64,000 nt of DNA from Thermoplasmatales archaeon (lineage in GTDB: Archaea > Thermoplasmatota > E2 > DHVEG-1). A program made the position numbers and the translations under genes. The stretch is from assembly GCA_020341795.1 (NCBI GenBank), contig CP070836.1, positions 1,535,613 to 1,599,612 of the forward strand. Reading direction: 5' to 3'. Each line of letters opens with the position of its first letter. Position 1 is the first letter of the stretch. Shown here in pieces: positions 30,210 through 41,100 of this stretch. The notes under the pieces are model-generated. The model did no database searches and was not told the DNA's origin. It saw only the letters and a program-made list of their open reading frames with translations.

Positions 30210-32144
30210 ATGAATAAAATAGTCTGGAAACCAACTAGTGATTATATTGATAATGCAAATATAACGCGATTTATGAAAAAACATAATATCAAAAATTATG
30301 AGGAATTAATAAAAAAATCCACTGATGATATCTCATGGTTATGGGATGAAGTAATAAAAGATCTAAATATTGAATGGTATCAACCTTATACTAAAGTTTA
30401 TGACGACTCAAAAGGTATACAATGGACAAAATGGTTTATCAATGGTAAAATAAACATAATTCATAATATATTAGATAGACATGCAATATCTGCAAAGAAA
30501 AACAATAACGCAATAATCTGGGAAAATGAGCAGGGAGATAATAGAAAATTAACCTATGAACAACTATACAAAGAGGTGAATAAATTTGCAAATGCATTAA
30601 AAAAACTTGGAATTAAAAAAGGTGACAGAATAGGAATTTACATGCCAATGGTTCCAGAGATTGTTATTGGTTTTTTAGCCGCTATGAAAATAGGTGCAAT
30701 TAGTATTCCAATTTTTTCAGGATTTGGAGGTCATGCACTTACATCTCGACTGGATATTGCAGGAGCAAAGATACTCTTAACAGCTGATGGTTCTATTAGA
30801 AGAGGTAAGACTGTAAACATAAAAAACGAAGCAGATATCGCCTCACAATTAGTCAAATCACTTGAGCATGTTATTGTATATAAAAGACTTGGAAATGAAA
30901 TTTCTTGGAATGAGGAAAAAGACATATGGTGGAGGGATGTTATAGCAAACCAGTCTGATGAATGTGAAACAGAGATTATGGATTCTGAAGATTATGCAAT
31001 GATAATATTTTCATCAGGAACAACTGGAAAACCAAAAGGAACAGTTCATACGCATGGGGGAGCTCTTGCTCAAATAGCTAAGGAGGTTGGATATTATTTT
31101 GATGTAAAAGAAAATGATATTTTTTTCTGGTTAACTGATATCGGATGGATGATGGGTCCATGGATGATAATAGGAGTACAAACATTCGCTGGAGCGTTTG
31201 TAATATATGAAGGCGCTCCAAATTGGCCAGAACCTGATAGACTCTGGCAATTAATTGAAAGTCAAAAAATTACACATTTGGGAATATCTCCAACAGCTAT
31301 TCGTCTACTTATGACATATGGAGATAAGTGGCCTAAAAAGCATGATTTAAGCTCTTTGAAATTTTTAGGTTCAACAGGTGAACCTTGGGATGCTGATTCA
31401 TGGAATTGGTTTTTTGAAAAAATCGGAGGTAAAAAAATACCGATAATAAATATCTCGGGTGGAACAGAAATTGTAGGATGTTTTCTTTCTCCTCTACCAA
31501 TTACAGATTTAAAACCTTGTACCCTTAGAGGTCCTGGACTTGGTATGGATATAGATGTTTTTGATGAAGATGGAAATCCAATTCGGCAAAAGATGGGGCA
31601 TCTTGTAGCAAAAAAACCAGCACCTTCTATGACCCGAGGTTTTTGGAATGAACCAGATCGTTATATTGAAACTTATTGGTCCCGCTGGCCAAATATCTGG
31701 TATCATGGAGACTGGGCAAAGATTGATAAAGACGGTTTCTGGTCCTTACATGGTAGAAGCGATGATACAATAAAGATTGCAGGTAGAAGAACAGGTCCTG
31801 CTGAAATAGAGGCAGCACTTATCGAGCATCCTGCTGTATCAGAAGCTGCGACAATCGGTATACCAGATGAAATTAAAGGTGAAGATATTGTAAGTTTTGT
31901 TGTTTTAAAACCAGGTTATACTCCAAGTGAAGATCTCAGGGACGATTTAAAAGATCAAGTTGTAAAAATAATGGGAAAAACATTAAAACCAAGAGATATT
32001 AAATTTGTTGGTGACCTTCCAAAGACTAGATCTGCAAAAATTGTTAGAAGAATTATCAAAGCAACTTATCTCGGTGAAGAAGTTAGTGATATCTCATCAG
32101 TGGAAAATATTAAAGCTGTTGATGAGATAAAAAATGCAATGTAG
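30210..32144 (+). CDS. AMP-forming acyl-CoA synthetase (acetate-CoA ligase family)
   Basis: SSGTTGKPKG, SGGTE, HGD, GRSDD, PKTRSAK. Confidence 0.9.
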   Translation: MNKIVWKPTSDYIDNANITRFMKKHNIKNYEELIKKSTDDISWLWDEVIKDLNIEWYQPYTKVYDDSKGIQWTKWFINGKINIIHNILDRHAISAKKNNNAIIWENEQGDNRKLTYEQLYKEVNKFANALKKLGIKKGDRIGIYMPMVPEIVIGFLAAMKIGAISIPIFSGFGGHALTSRLDIAGAKILLTADGSIRRGKTVNIKNEADIASQLVKSLEHVIVYKRLGNEISWNEEKDIWWRDVIANQSDECETEIMDSEDYAMIIFSSGTTGKPKGTVHTHGGALAQIAKEVGYYFDVKENDIFFWLTDIGWMMGPWMIIGVQTFAGAFVIYEGAPNWPEPDRLWQLIESQKITHLGISPTAIRLLMTYGDKWPKKHDLSSLKFLGSTGEPWDADSWNWFFEKIGGKKIPIINISGGTEIVGCFLSPLPITDLKPCTLRGPGLGMDIDVFDEDGNPIRQKMGHLVAKKPAPSMTRGFWNEPDRYIETYWSRWPNIWYHGDWAKIDKDGFWSLHGRSDDTIKIAGRRTGPAEIEAALIEHPAVSEAATIGIPDEIKGEDIVSFVVLKPGYTPSEDLRDDLKDQVVKIMGKTLKPRDIKFVGDLPKTRSAKIVRRIIKATYLGEEVSDISSVENIKAVDEIKNAM

Positions 32145-32284
32145 TGGTATTATTAAATTTCTAATAATATAATCTTTATACATCAATAAACAATAACATT
32201 TTTCAATGAATCTTCTATTACATTTTTTGGTGAGAACGAGAGATTAACATAATTTTTTCGTCTCATGTTGGAGGGGTGTAATTT

Positions 32285-33526
32285 ATGACTAAAAAAGTAG
32301 CAGTTGTTGGTGTTGGATATACAGATTTTAATTCAATGACTCCAGAAGTAAGTTGGAAGGAGTTTATGTATGAAGCATGTCAAAAAGCATATATAGATGC
32401 AGGAGTTGATCCAAGAGAAGATATTGATAGCTTTATTACATGTTCGGAAGATTATTGGGAAGGATTTAGTATTTTTGATGAGTTTGTACCTGATCAGATA
32501 GGTGCTGTATTACGACCATGTTGCACTGTTTGTGGTGATGGGCTTTATGGGCTTGGTAATGCATATATGCAAATAAAAACAGGTAAAATGAACATTGTTG
32601 CTGTTGAAGCGCATAGTAAAATTTCTGATCTATTAACGTTTGGAGATATTGGTCTGTTTTCATATGATCCGATTTTTGATAGACCCGTTACAGGATCTGT
32701 TGACAGAACGCATTTTGCAGGAATTCCTTCTTATGAAAAAAATTCTCCAAAACCATTAGTCGGTAAAACAAATGAGAAAGAAAGAATTCATCCATATTTC
32801 TTAGCAGGACTTGAAATGCAAAATTTCTTAAGAAAAACTGGTACAACCGAGGAACAATGTGCAAAAGTCGTTGTAAAAAACAAAAAAAATGCTTTTAATA
32901 ATCCAAACGCAGAATACGAAGTTAATATTACAATTGAAGATGTTATGAATTCGGAATATTTATTTAAACCGATAAAAAAACTTGATATTAGTTTAAATGT
33001 TGATGGTGCAATTGCTTTTGTCCTTGCAAGTGAAGAAGCAGTTAAAAAACTAGATGTTGAACCTATTTGGCTTAGAGGTTTTGGTTGGTCTTCTGAAACA
33101 CCTTGGATTTCTACTCGATCGATGGATGCAAATTATGCAATGTTGGCATCTAGAATGGCTTATAAAATGACTGATATTAATAATCCCAGGAAGGAAATAG
33201 ATTTTGCTGAGGTTGATGATAGATTTTCATACAAAGAACTGCAACACCTTGAAGCACTAGGTCTTGCAGAATCAGGTGAAGCTGGAAAAATGCTTGATTC
33301 AGGGGATTTAGATTTAAATGGTTCACTTCCAACAAACATTTCAGGTGGATCTCTTGGTATTGGGAATTGTTTTGAAGCAACAGGTTTACAAAAAGCCCTT
33401 GAAGTTGTTATTCAACTTAGAGGGCATGGTGGTAAACGCCAAATAGAAGATGTTCATACAGGAATTTCTCAATCATGGAGAGGTATACCGTCTGGTAGTG
33501 GAGCAGTTGCTATTTTTGGGAGGTAA
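32285..33526 (+). CDS. Thiolase-fold protein lacking the canonical catalytic Cys/His (subunit A)
   Basis: Thiolase fold, but VCGDG, EVDDRF and GNCF replace ACASG, HD and GHP. Confidence 0.8.
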   Translation: MTKKVAVVGVGYTDFNSMTPEVSWKEFMYEACQKAYIDAGVDPREDIDSFITCSEDYWEGFSIFDEFVPDQIGAVLRPCCTVCGDGLYGLGNAYMQIKTGKMNIVAVEAHSKISDLLTFGDIGLFSYDPIFDRPVTGSVDRTHFAGIPSYEKNSPKPLVGKTNEKERIHPYFLAGLEMQNFLRKTGTTEEQCAKVVVKNKKNAFNNPNAEYEVNITIEDVMNSEYLFKPIKKLDISLNVDGAIAFVLASEEAVKKLDVEPIWLRGFGWSSETPWISTRSMDANYAMLASRMAYKMTDINNPRKEIDFAEVDDRFSYKELQHLEALGLAESGEAGKMLDSGDLDLNGSLPTNISGGSLGIGNCFEATGLQKALEVVIQLRGHGGKRQIEDVHTGISQSWRGIPSGSGAVAIFGR

Positions 33527-33530
33527 AAAA

Positions 33531-34694
33531 ATGAATAGAGTAGCAGTTATTGGAGGAGGAATGACACTTTTTAGAAGACGTTTACTTGAAACTGGAAAAG
33601 AACTTTCATTTTTAGCAGCAAAAATGGCAATGGAAGATTCAGGAATTGAAAAAAAAGATCTAGATATGGTTGTTATGGGGAGCGCACCAGATGCTTTTGA
33701 TGGAATCCATATGAAAGGGGAAAATCTTTTAGATGGTGCAGCTGCTACAAATAAACCATATGTTCGATTATTTAACGGTGGGGGCACTGGTGTTTTTGCA
33801 CCTATTGCTGGTTGGTGGCATGTGGCATCAGGTGTTGCGGATACTGTTCTTGTAGTTTGTGAAGAAAAAATGAGTTCCTGTTTCCCTCATCCACAGACAG
33901 CTTTCCAGCATATATGGGATCCTATTTTAGATAGACCATTACATCCGAATCTCGTATGGCTTTTTGCAATGGAAATGAATAGATATATGACAATGCATAA
34001 CATAAAAAAGGAAGATATTGCACTTGTTGCTGTTAAAAATAAAAGAAATGCAGTAGGTCATCCTTCTGCTCAGCTTCCTGATGAAAAAATCACAGTTGAG
34101 GATGTTTTAAATTCAGAAATTATGGCTTGGCCTGTGCAACGACTAGATATTAGTCCGCCTAGTGATGGTGCATCTGCACTAATATTATGTTCAGAGGATA
34201 GAGCTAAACAATATACTGATGATCCTATATTTATTGATGGTGTAGGGTGGAATATTGATAGCACTATGTGGACGAATCGAGATTTATATTTCCCACGTTA
34301 TGTTGCAAATGCCGCAAAAATGGCGTATAAAATGGCAGATATACATGATCCTAAAAAAGAGATTGATTTTGCTGAACCTTATGATCCATTTGATTACAAA
34401 GAACTTCATCATTTAGAAGGATTACTTTTATGTGATAAGGGAGAAGCACCTATTCTTACTCGAGAAGGAGTAACTCAGCGAGATGGAAAATTACCCGTAT
34501 GTCCATCGGGGGGACTTTTAGGAGTGGGTAATCCAATTGCTGCAACAATGGGGCAAAAAGTATGTGAGTTATATTGGCAACTTTCCGGTAAAGCAGGTAA
34601 AAGACAAATTCCAACTGATCCACAAGTTGGTGTTGGTCAAGCATGGGGTGATATAATGCAGATGGGTACTGTTATTGTTATGAGGAGGGGGTGA
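33531..34694 (+). CDS. Thiolase-fold protein lacking the catalytic Cys (subunit B)
   Basis: NGGGTG, EPYDPF and GNPIAA replace the canonical motifs; start after GGAGGT. Confidence 0.8.
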   Translation: MNRVAVIGGGMTLFRRRLLETGKELSFLAAKMAMEDSGIEKKDLDMVVMGSAPDAFDGIHMKGENLLDGAAATNKPYVRLFNGGGTGVFAPIAGWWHVASGVADTVLVVCEEKMSSCFPHPQTAFQHIWDPILDRPLHPNLVWLFAMEMNRYMTMHNIKKEDIALVAVKNKRNAVGHPSAQLPDEKITVEDVLNSEIMAWPVQRLDISPPSDGASALILCSEDRAKQYTDDPIFIDGVGWNIDSTMWTNRDLYFPRYVANAAKMAYKMADIHDPKKEIDFAEPYDPFDYKELHHLEGLLLCDKGEAPILTREGVTQRDGKLPVCPSGGLLGVGNPIAATMGQKVCELYWQLSGKAGKRQIPTDPQVGVGQAWGDIMQMGTVIVMRRG

Positions 34695-35245
34695 AATATA
34701 TAATGATGACTATAAAAAGCAAAACAGAGGGATATCCAAGATATGCTCCTGGTACTCATGTTTCAGGAAGAGATATTTCAAATAAAAATGTAACATATTC
34801 CTGGTGGGAACCCGAAGTACAATATTCTTGGAGTCTTGGACCTGCTTATGGTAGGTTTTTACAGGAACTTAAAAAAGGTAAAATTATAGGAAGATCATGT
34901 AAAAAATGTGAAAGAGTAATAGTACCACCTCGTATGTTTTGTGAATATTGTTATAGATCAACTGATGAATGGATTTATTTAAAAGATACTGGGAAAGTTG
35001 AAACATTTTCAATTTCATATCTTGATCCAAATGCAAGAAGGATAAAGGAGCCTATTCTAATTGGTGTGATTTCTATTGATGGTGCATCACCCATGCATGG
35101 ATTCATGCATTACTTTAACGATATGAAACCTGAGGATTTAAAAATAGGAATGAAAGTAAAAGCAGTTTGGAAATCTGAAAAGGAAAGGACTGGTTCAATT
35201 ACTGATATAAAATATTTTAAACCTATGAATGAAGGTGATAAGTAG
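34691..35245 (+). CDS. DUF35 Zn-ribbon/OB-fold protein
   Basis: CKKC..VPPRMFCEYC, C-terminal RTGSITDIKYF. Confidence 0.88.
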   Translation: MKYIMMTIKSKTEGYPRYAPGTHVSGRDISNKNVTYSWWEPEVQYSWSLGPAYGRFLQELKKGKIIGRSCKKCERVIVPPRMFCEYCYRSTDEWIYLKDTGKVETFSISYLDPNARRIKEPILIGVISIDGASPMHGFMHYFNDMKPEDLKIGMKVKAVWKSEKERTGSITDIKYFKPMNEGDK

Positions 35246-35725
35246 ATGACTTTTTATGAGAAACAAACTGATCCTTCCTCACCAATGCATTGGCTTGGAG
35301 ATATGCAAGCTGATTATCTTTATCCTAATGGTAAAGCTGGTGATAAATTATTTAAACATATTAAAGAAAATGATACTTTTCTTGCATCAAAGTGTATAAA
35401 TTGTTCCAAAATATTTTTTCCTCCAAGGCTTTATTGTGAAGATTGCTTCGTTGAAATATTAGAAAAAGATTGGTTTGAAATTCCCTCAACTGGAAAAATC
35501 AGGCTTCATACAATTGTTACAATAAACACCTATGGTGAAAAACTCAATGAGCCTAAAATGATTGCTTTAATTGACATTGATAATACAGATGGAGCTTTAC
35601 TTGGTATTATAAAGACTGATAATATTGATGAAAATTTAATTGGGAGAAAAGTAGAAGCAGTTTTTAAGTCAAAAAATCAAAGAGAAGGTACATTAAAAGA
35701 TATCTTATATTTTAAAATGAGATAG
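35246..35725 (+). CDS. DUF35 Zn-ribbon/OB-fold protein
   Basis: CINC..FPPRLYCEDC, C-terminal REGTLKDILYF. Confidence 0.88.
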   Translation: MTFYEKQTDPSSPMHWLGDMQADYLYPNGKAGDKLFKHIKENDTFLASKCINCSKIFFPPRLYCEDCFVEILEKDWFEIPSTGKIRLHTIVTINTYGEKLNEPKMIALIDIDNTDGALLGIIKTDNIDENLIGRKVEAVFKSKNQREGTLKDILYFKMR

Positions 35726-35765
35726 GGTGAAGCTTTAAACATCCTTTATTATTTCCTTTTTTGAA

Positions 35766-36776
35766 ATGAAATATGTATCTGGAGAAATTTTAACAGTTGA
35801 TGGTCTTACACGAGGATATCTTAGCTTCAATGATAGGGAAATTGTTGAATTCGGTAAAGGATGTTGTCCAAAAAAACCAGTTTCTAAAGGTCTAATTGTT
35901 CCAAGTTTTGTAAATGCTCATACACATATTGGTGATTCTTTTATTAGAAAAAAAGAAATTGATTTACCTCGAGATGTTGAAGCTCTTGTTGCACCTCCCG
36001 TTGGGCTAAAACATAAGCTGTTAAAAAAGGCGACAGAGAATGAATTAATAGAAGGAATGGAAGAATCGATTAATGTTATGATAAAATCAGGTACAAAAAT
36101 TTTTAGTGATTTTAGGGAAGATGGAATTATAGGTGTTTGTCTGTTAAAAACTGCATTAGCTCATTGGAAAATTTCTTCTATAATTCTTTCTAGACCAGAT
36201 AATATGATTTATCATAAAAATGAGATTGATATTTTATTAAATTTATCTGACGGTATTGGTCTCAGTTCCATATCAGATTGGAATATCAATGAATTAAAAA
36301 AAATTGTGCATCATACAAAACAAAAAAAGAAAATATTTTCAATTCATGCAAGTGAATCTATCCGTGAAGATATCGATAAAATACTTGATTTAAAACCTGA
36401 TTTTTTGATACATATGATAAAAGCATCTAAATCTGATTTAATTAGAGTAAAAGAAAATGATATCCCTATCGTAATATGTCCAAGATCAAATGCATTTTAT
36501 GGTTTAAAACCAAATTATAAATTATTAAAAAAAATTGGAAATAAAATTCTCATTGGAACTGATAATGGTATGCTTAATCCACCTAATTTACTGGATGAAA
36601 TAAATTATACAATTTCTTGTTTCAAAGGTTTTTCAAAAATTGATTTACTAAATATGATTACATATGATGCAAGGAAAGTTTTAAATCAGGAGTGCGACAT
36701 TCTTGGTTCCAATTCTAAGGCCGAGTTTGTAGTTTTAAATAAACAAACTTTGAAGCCTTTATACATTTCAGTTTAA
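35766..36776 (+). CDS. Amidohydrolase family metal-dependent hydrolase
   Basis: NAHTHIGD, IHASE, CPRSN, GTDN. Confidence 0.85.
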   Translation: MKYVSGEILTVDGLTRGYLSFNDREIVEFGKGCCPKKPVSKGLIVPSFVNAHTHIGDSFIRKKEIDLPRDVEALVAPPVGLKHKLLKKATENELIEGMEESINVMIKSGTKIFSDFREDGIIGVCLLKTALAHWKISSIILSRPDNMIYHKNEIDILLNLSDGIGLSSISDWNINELKKIVHHTKQKKKIFSIHASESIREDIDKILDLKPDFLIHMIKASKSDLIRVKENDIPIVICPRSNAFYGLKPNYKLLKKIGNKILIGTDNGMLNPPNLLDEINYTISCFKGFSKIDLLNMITYDARKVLNQECDILGSNSKAEFVVLNKQTLKPLYISV

Positions 36777-36796
36777 GAATCATAAGAGGGGTTAAT

Positions 36797-37636
36797 GTGA
36801 AAATAGAAGAAGTAATGTCAGAGGATTTAATAGTTGGTTATGTTCCAGGAACTGTAAAAGAAGCTCTTAGAACACTAGCAAAACATAATAAATCCGGTAT
36901 GCCCATCCTAAAAAAAGATACAAAAATAGTATTAGGAGTTATTACAAGAAGTGATATCTTTAAAAATCCAGATGAAGACCAGCTTGCTTTAATTATGAGC
37001 GATGATTTTCATTATGTAGAAAGATTTCAAGAAGTTAAAGAAGCAGCAAAATTATTTTACAAACATAGAATTCATGGTTTACCAGTTATAAATAATAGGA
37101 AACATTTAGTCGGAATTGTAAGTCCAACAGATCTCTTAAAGTATTTACCAAAAACTGTTAATCAATCTATTGAGCGATATTTTACAAATCTAGTAGTACC
37201 AGTTTATCATGATACTCCTATTAACATAATTATGGAGATCATCAACATTACACAAGAACATGCACTACCCGTTTTAAATGATGAACGTAAACTCTGTGGA
37301 ATAGTAACAGATGGCGATTTATTTAAACTAAGCCATATCAAAGAAAGTGTATCTCAAACAGATATGGGAATGGGTGGTGACGAGGATGCATGGACATGGG
37401 AGGGAATTAGAGATACTGTTAGACTTCATTATTCAACCTCAGAAGTATCATTACCACCGGTACCAGTAAAACAAGTGATGATCACTAATATAGTAAAAGG
37501 ATTAAAAACAACTCCTGTAGAAGAATTAGCAGAAAAAATGTTAAAAAATAAAATTAGTCATGTACCAGTTGTTGATTCAGAGGATCACTTAATTGGAATG
37601 GTTACAGATATAGATTTAATGGCCTGTTGGTTTTAA
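36797..37636 (+). CDS. Four-CBS-domain protein
   Basis: Four CBS repeats (MPI/LPV...GIV..TD) with the archaeal DAWTWEGIRD insert. Confidence 0.88.
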   Translation: MKIEEVMSEDLIVGYVPGTVKEALRTLAKHNKSGMPILKKDTKIVLGVITRSDIFKNPDEDQLALIMSDDFHYVERFQEVKEAAKLFYKHRIHGLPVINNRKHLVGIVSPTDLLKYLPKTVNQSIERYFTNLVVPVYHDTPINIIMEIINITQEHALPVLNDERKLCGIVTDGDLFKLSHIKESVSQTDMGMGGDEDAWTWEGIRDTVRLHYSTSEVSLPPVPVKQVMITNIVKGLKTTPVEELAEKMLKNKISHVPVVDSEDHLIGMVTDIDLMACWF

Positions 37637-37687
37637 ATTCCATTATCATATACTTATTTTCAAAATTAAATCAGGAGAGTTTCAGAT

Positions 37688-39334
37688 ATGCCTCAGGATA
37701 TTTATGATAAAATCATGATGCTTGCAAAAAGACGTGGTTTTATTTATCCCTCTTTTGAAATCTATGGTGGGGTAGCAGGTTTTTATGATTACGGACCTTT
37801 AGGATCGCAACTTAAAAATAATATTGAAAAAATATGGAGAGAATATTACCTTCTTAAAGATAAATGTGTTGAAATAAGCACCCCGACTGTAACGCTATAT
37901 GAAGTTTTAAAAGCATCTGGTCATGTTGATGAATTTACTGATCTTACAGTTGATTGTAAAAAATGTAAGCAATCCTATAAAGTTGAAGATATCATTGATG
38001 AAAAGTTAAGTGTTGAAAATGCAATCAAGGAAGAAAAAGTAAAATGTCCTAATTGTGGTGTTAAACTTAAAGATGTTCATCCTGTAAATTTAATGTTTTC
38101 TACAAAAATTGGAATTGGGAAAAGTCGTGATGCATTTTTAAGACCTGAAACAGCTCAAGGGATTTTTACAGATTTTCATTTGTTATATCGATATGCTCGT
38201 GAAAAATTACCATTTGGAGTTATTCAAATTGGCCGAGGTTACAGAAATGAAGTCTCACCCAGACAGGGAGCGATACGACTTAGAGAATTTTCAATGGCTG
38301 AAGCTGAAATATTTTTTGATCCAAAAGATAAAAAACATCCTAATTTTGAAAAGATTAAAGATGAACAAATCATACTTTTTGATAATATTAAAGAAACAAA
38401 AATTACTTTTGAAAAAGCTGTAAAAGATAAAGTGATTGATAACCAAGCACTTGCCTATTATATATATTTAACACAGGATTTCTTATTATCTACAGGTATA
38501 GATGCTAAAAAATTTAGATTTAGAAAACATGGAGAAAATGAGCTTGCTCATTATGCAACCGAATGTTGGGATGCAGAAATATATAGTGAAAGATTTGGAT
38601 GGATTGAATGTGTGGGTATTGCAGATAGATCTGCATATGATCTAAGATCTCATATTGAATCCACTAATACCGATATGTATGCAATAAAAAAATTTGAAAA
38701 ACCGAAAACTGTTAAAATAAAAAAGATAACTCCAAAGATGGATGCTCTTGGTCCTCTTTTCAAAGGAAAAGCAGGAAAAATAAAAAATATACTTGAAAAT
38801 ATGGTTATAAAAGATATCACTAAGTTGTTAATTGAAATTGATGGAGAAACAGTGGAAATTCCTGATAATTGTTATGAAATAGTTGAAAAAATCGAAAAAC
38901 AAGCCATGGAAAAGTTTGTTCCTCATGTAATTGAACCTTCTTATGGTATAGATAGAATATTATATTGCATTCTTGAGCATAGCTATAATGAAACAGAAAA
39001 AAAGGGAGTGGAATATAGGCTTTTGAAGCTTAACATAAATGTTGCACCAATTAAAGTTGGTGTTTTTCCATTAATAAACGATCAAAAACTAGTAAAAATT
39101 GCAAGAGAAATTGATTTAGATTTACGCAATGCCGGTATTGCTACATATTATGATGATGGTGGTACTATTGGTAGACGTTATGCTCGTATGGATGAGGTCG
39201 GAACTCCTTTTTGTTTAACAGTTGATCATGAAACATTGAAGGATAAAACTATTACTATAAGAGATAGAGATACTACGAAACAAAAAAGAAAAAAATTAGA
39301 TGAAATTGTTGTTTATATAAAAGATAAACTATGA
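37688..39334 (+). CDS. glyS: Glycine--tRNA ligase (alpha2, archaeal/eukaryotic type)
   Basis: YDYGPLG, LRPETAQG, RNEVSPRQG..RLREF, HVIEPSYG, IGRRYAR.DE.G. Confidence 0.97.
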   Translation: MPQDIYDKIMMLAKRRGFIYPSFEIYGGVAGFYDYGPLGSQLKNNIEKIWREYYLLKDKCVEISTPTVTLYEVLKASGHVDEFTDLTVDCKKCKQSYKVEDIIDEKLSVENAIKEEKVKCPNCGVKLKDVHPVNLMFSTKIGIGKSRDAFLRPETAQGIFTDFHLLYRYAREKLPFGVIQIGRGYRNEVSPRQGAIRLREFSMAEAEIFFDPKDKKHPNFEKIKDEQIILFDNIKETKITFEKAVKDKVIDNQALAYYIYLTQDFLLSTGIDAKKFRFRKHGENELAHYATECWDAEIYSERFGWIECVGIADRSAYDLRSHIESTNTDMYAIKKFEKPKTVKIKKITPKMDALGPLFKGKAGKIKNILENMVIKDITKLLIEIDGETVEIPDNCYEIVEKIEKQAMEKFVPHVIEPSYGIDRILYCILEHSYNETEKKGVEYRLLKLNINVAPIKVGVFPLINDQKLVKIAREIDLDLRNAGIATYYDDGGTIGRRYARMDEVGTPFCLTVDHETLKDKTITIRDRDTTKQKRKKLDEIVVYIKDKL

Positions 39335-39472
39335 TCATTATTCTTTGATTTCGAATATGACTATTACTTAGTCAAGATTCCGTTCGCTCTAATATATCAT
39401 AATTCTATACATAAATATTTAAATTATAGTTTGTATAAGTTTTTTTCATATATTACTCTAAAAGGTCAAAAA

Positions 39473-40789
39473 TTAAAAAGTTTTTAGAGCTTGGTCAATA
39501 GTTTCTAAAGCTTTATCTATCTCAGAAGATGTTATTATTAAGGGTGGTCTGAATCTTATTGTTTTCTCTCCACAACCAATTACAATCAAACCATTTGAAT
39601 AAAGTTTCTTTCTTAATTCATCTCTTTTTTCAGAGGAGATAAGATCAAATGCACACATTAAACCTAAACCTCGTGCATTTAATATTTTATCTGGATATTT
39701 TTCAGATATTTTTATTAGACCTTCTAAAAGACGTTTCCCTTGATCTTCTGCATTTTTAACAAGATTTTCTTCTTTTATTACCTCTAGATATTTTTGACAG
39801 CGAAACATATCAACAAGGTTTCCACCCCAAGTAGAATTGAGTCTACTAGATACTTTGAAAACATTTTCTTTTATTTCATCAACTCTATCTCCGACCATTA
39901 TACCGCATACCTGGGTTTTTTTACCAAAAGCAAGTATATCAGGTTTGAAGTCAAAATGTTCGTATGCCCACATTTTACCTGTTAAACCAACTCCAGTTTG
40001 CACCTCATCAAGAATAAACATTATTTCATGTTCATTACATATTTTTCTTAGCTCGTGAAAAAACTTTTTTCTAAAATGATTATCTCCACCTTCACCTTGA
40101 ATAGGTTCAATAATGAGAGCTGCAATATCATTTGGATTTTCTGTAATTGCTTTTTCTATTTCTGATAATGCTTGTTTTTCAAGTTGTTTTACTTTTGTTA
40201 GATTTTCTTGGTTTAATGGATATGTTATTTTTGGATTGATTATTCTTGGCCAATTAAATTTTGTATAATATTTTATTTTATTCACATTATATGTATTTGT
40301 TAAAGAAAGAGTGTATCCTGTTCTACCATGAAATGCTTCGTTAAAATGAATTACTTGTGTTCCTAATTCTTTTTCACCCTGCTTTAAATTTTTACGAATT
40401 TTCCAGTCAAATGCTGTTTTAATCCCGTTTTCTACTGCTAGCGATCCTCCACTTATAAAAAATAGATATTTAAAATAACTAGGTACAGCATGTCTGGCAA
40501 AACTGTCTACAAAATTTGCCAGTTCTACAGTATAAATATCAGAGTTTGTTGGTTTATTTACAGCAACTTCACCTATTTTTTGTATAAATTCAGGATTTGA
40601 TAGTTTAGGGTGATTACAACCAAGTGGTGCTGATGCGAAAAAAGAAAAACAATCTAAAAAGTATTTATTTTCTCGTGAATCATATATTTGACAACCTTTA
40701 CTTTTTCTTAAATCTAGAACAAAGTCAAAACCGTCGACTATGATATATTTTGATAAAGTTTTATGGACATTTTCTGGTTTAATTGACAA
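39473..40789 (-). CDS. lat: L-lysine 6-transaminase
   Basis: Class III aminotransferase with NKPTNSDIY, KTAFDWK, FHGRTGY, EPIQGEGGD, DEVQTG, FGKKTQ, SSRLNSTWGG. Confidence 0.9.
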   Translation of the reverse strand: MSIKPENVHKTLSKYIIVDGFDFVLDLRKSKGCQIYDSRENKYFLDCFSFFASAPLGCNHPKLSNPEFIQKIGEVAVNKPTNSDIYTVELANFVDSFARHAVPSYFKYLFFISGGSLAVENGIKTAFDWKIRKNLKQGEKELGTQVIHFNEAFHGRTGYTLSLTNTYNVNKIKYYTKFNWPRIINPKITYPLNQENLTKVKQLEKQALSEIEKAITENPNDIAALIIEPIQGEGGDNHFRKKFFHELRKICNEHEIMFILDEVQTGVGLTGKMWAYEHFDFKPDILAFGKKTQVCGIMVGDRVDEIKENVFKVSSRLNSTWGGNLVDMFRCQKYLEVIKEENLVKNAEDQGKRLLEGLIKISEKYPDKILNARGLGLMCAFDLISSEKRDELRKKLYSNGLIVIGCGEKTIRFRPPLIITSSEIDKALETIDQALKTF

Positions 40790-40881
40790 ATTTTTTAACC
40801 CCCATTTTATTAAACGTTGTTAAGTTATTAAAGCGGTTATCTTTCTATCCTATAAAACGATATCGATATAAGATTTATTTG

Positions 40882-41072
40882 TTAAAATCTTAAAATAAGT
40901 CCAACAAACAATAAAACAATAAAAATTAAAAAATTCAACAATAACTCTGGGATGTATTATTGTTATTTTTAATAAACTTAAGTTTAATATTGTATAAAGG
41001 AAAAAACATAGAGGTATAATACTTAAAAATAAAAATATTTGACCAATGTTATTGATATTTACATTTTTTCAA
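40882..41072 (-). pseudogene. Frameshifted 62-aa two-TM membrane protein
   Basis: Removing one base from each of two homopolymers gives MKNVNINNIGQIFLFLSIIPLCFFLYTILNLSLLKITIIHPRVIVEFLIFIVLLFVGLILRF*. Confidence 0.45.
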
Positions 41073-41100
41073 TATATCATATTTTAAAAAATTATTCTAT

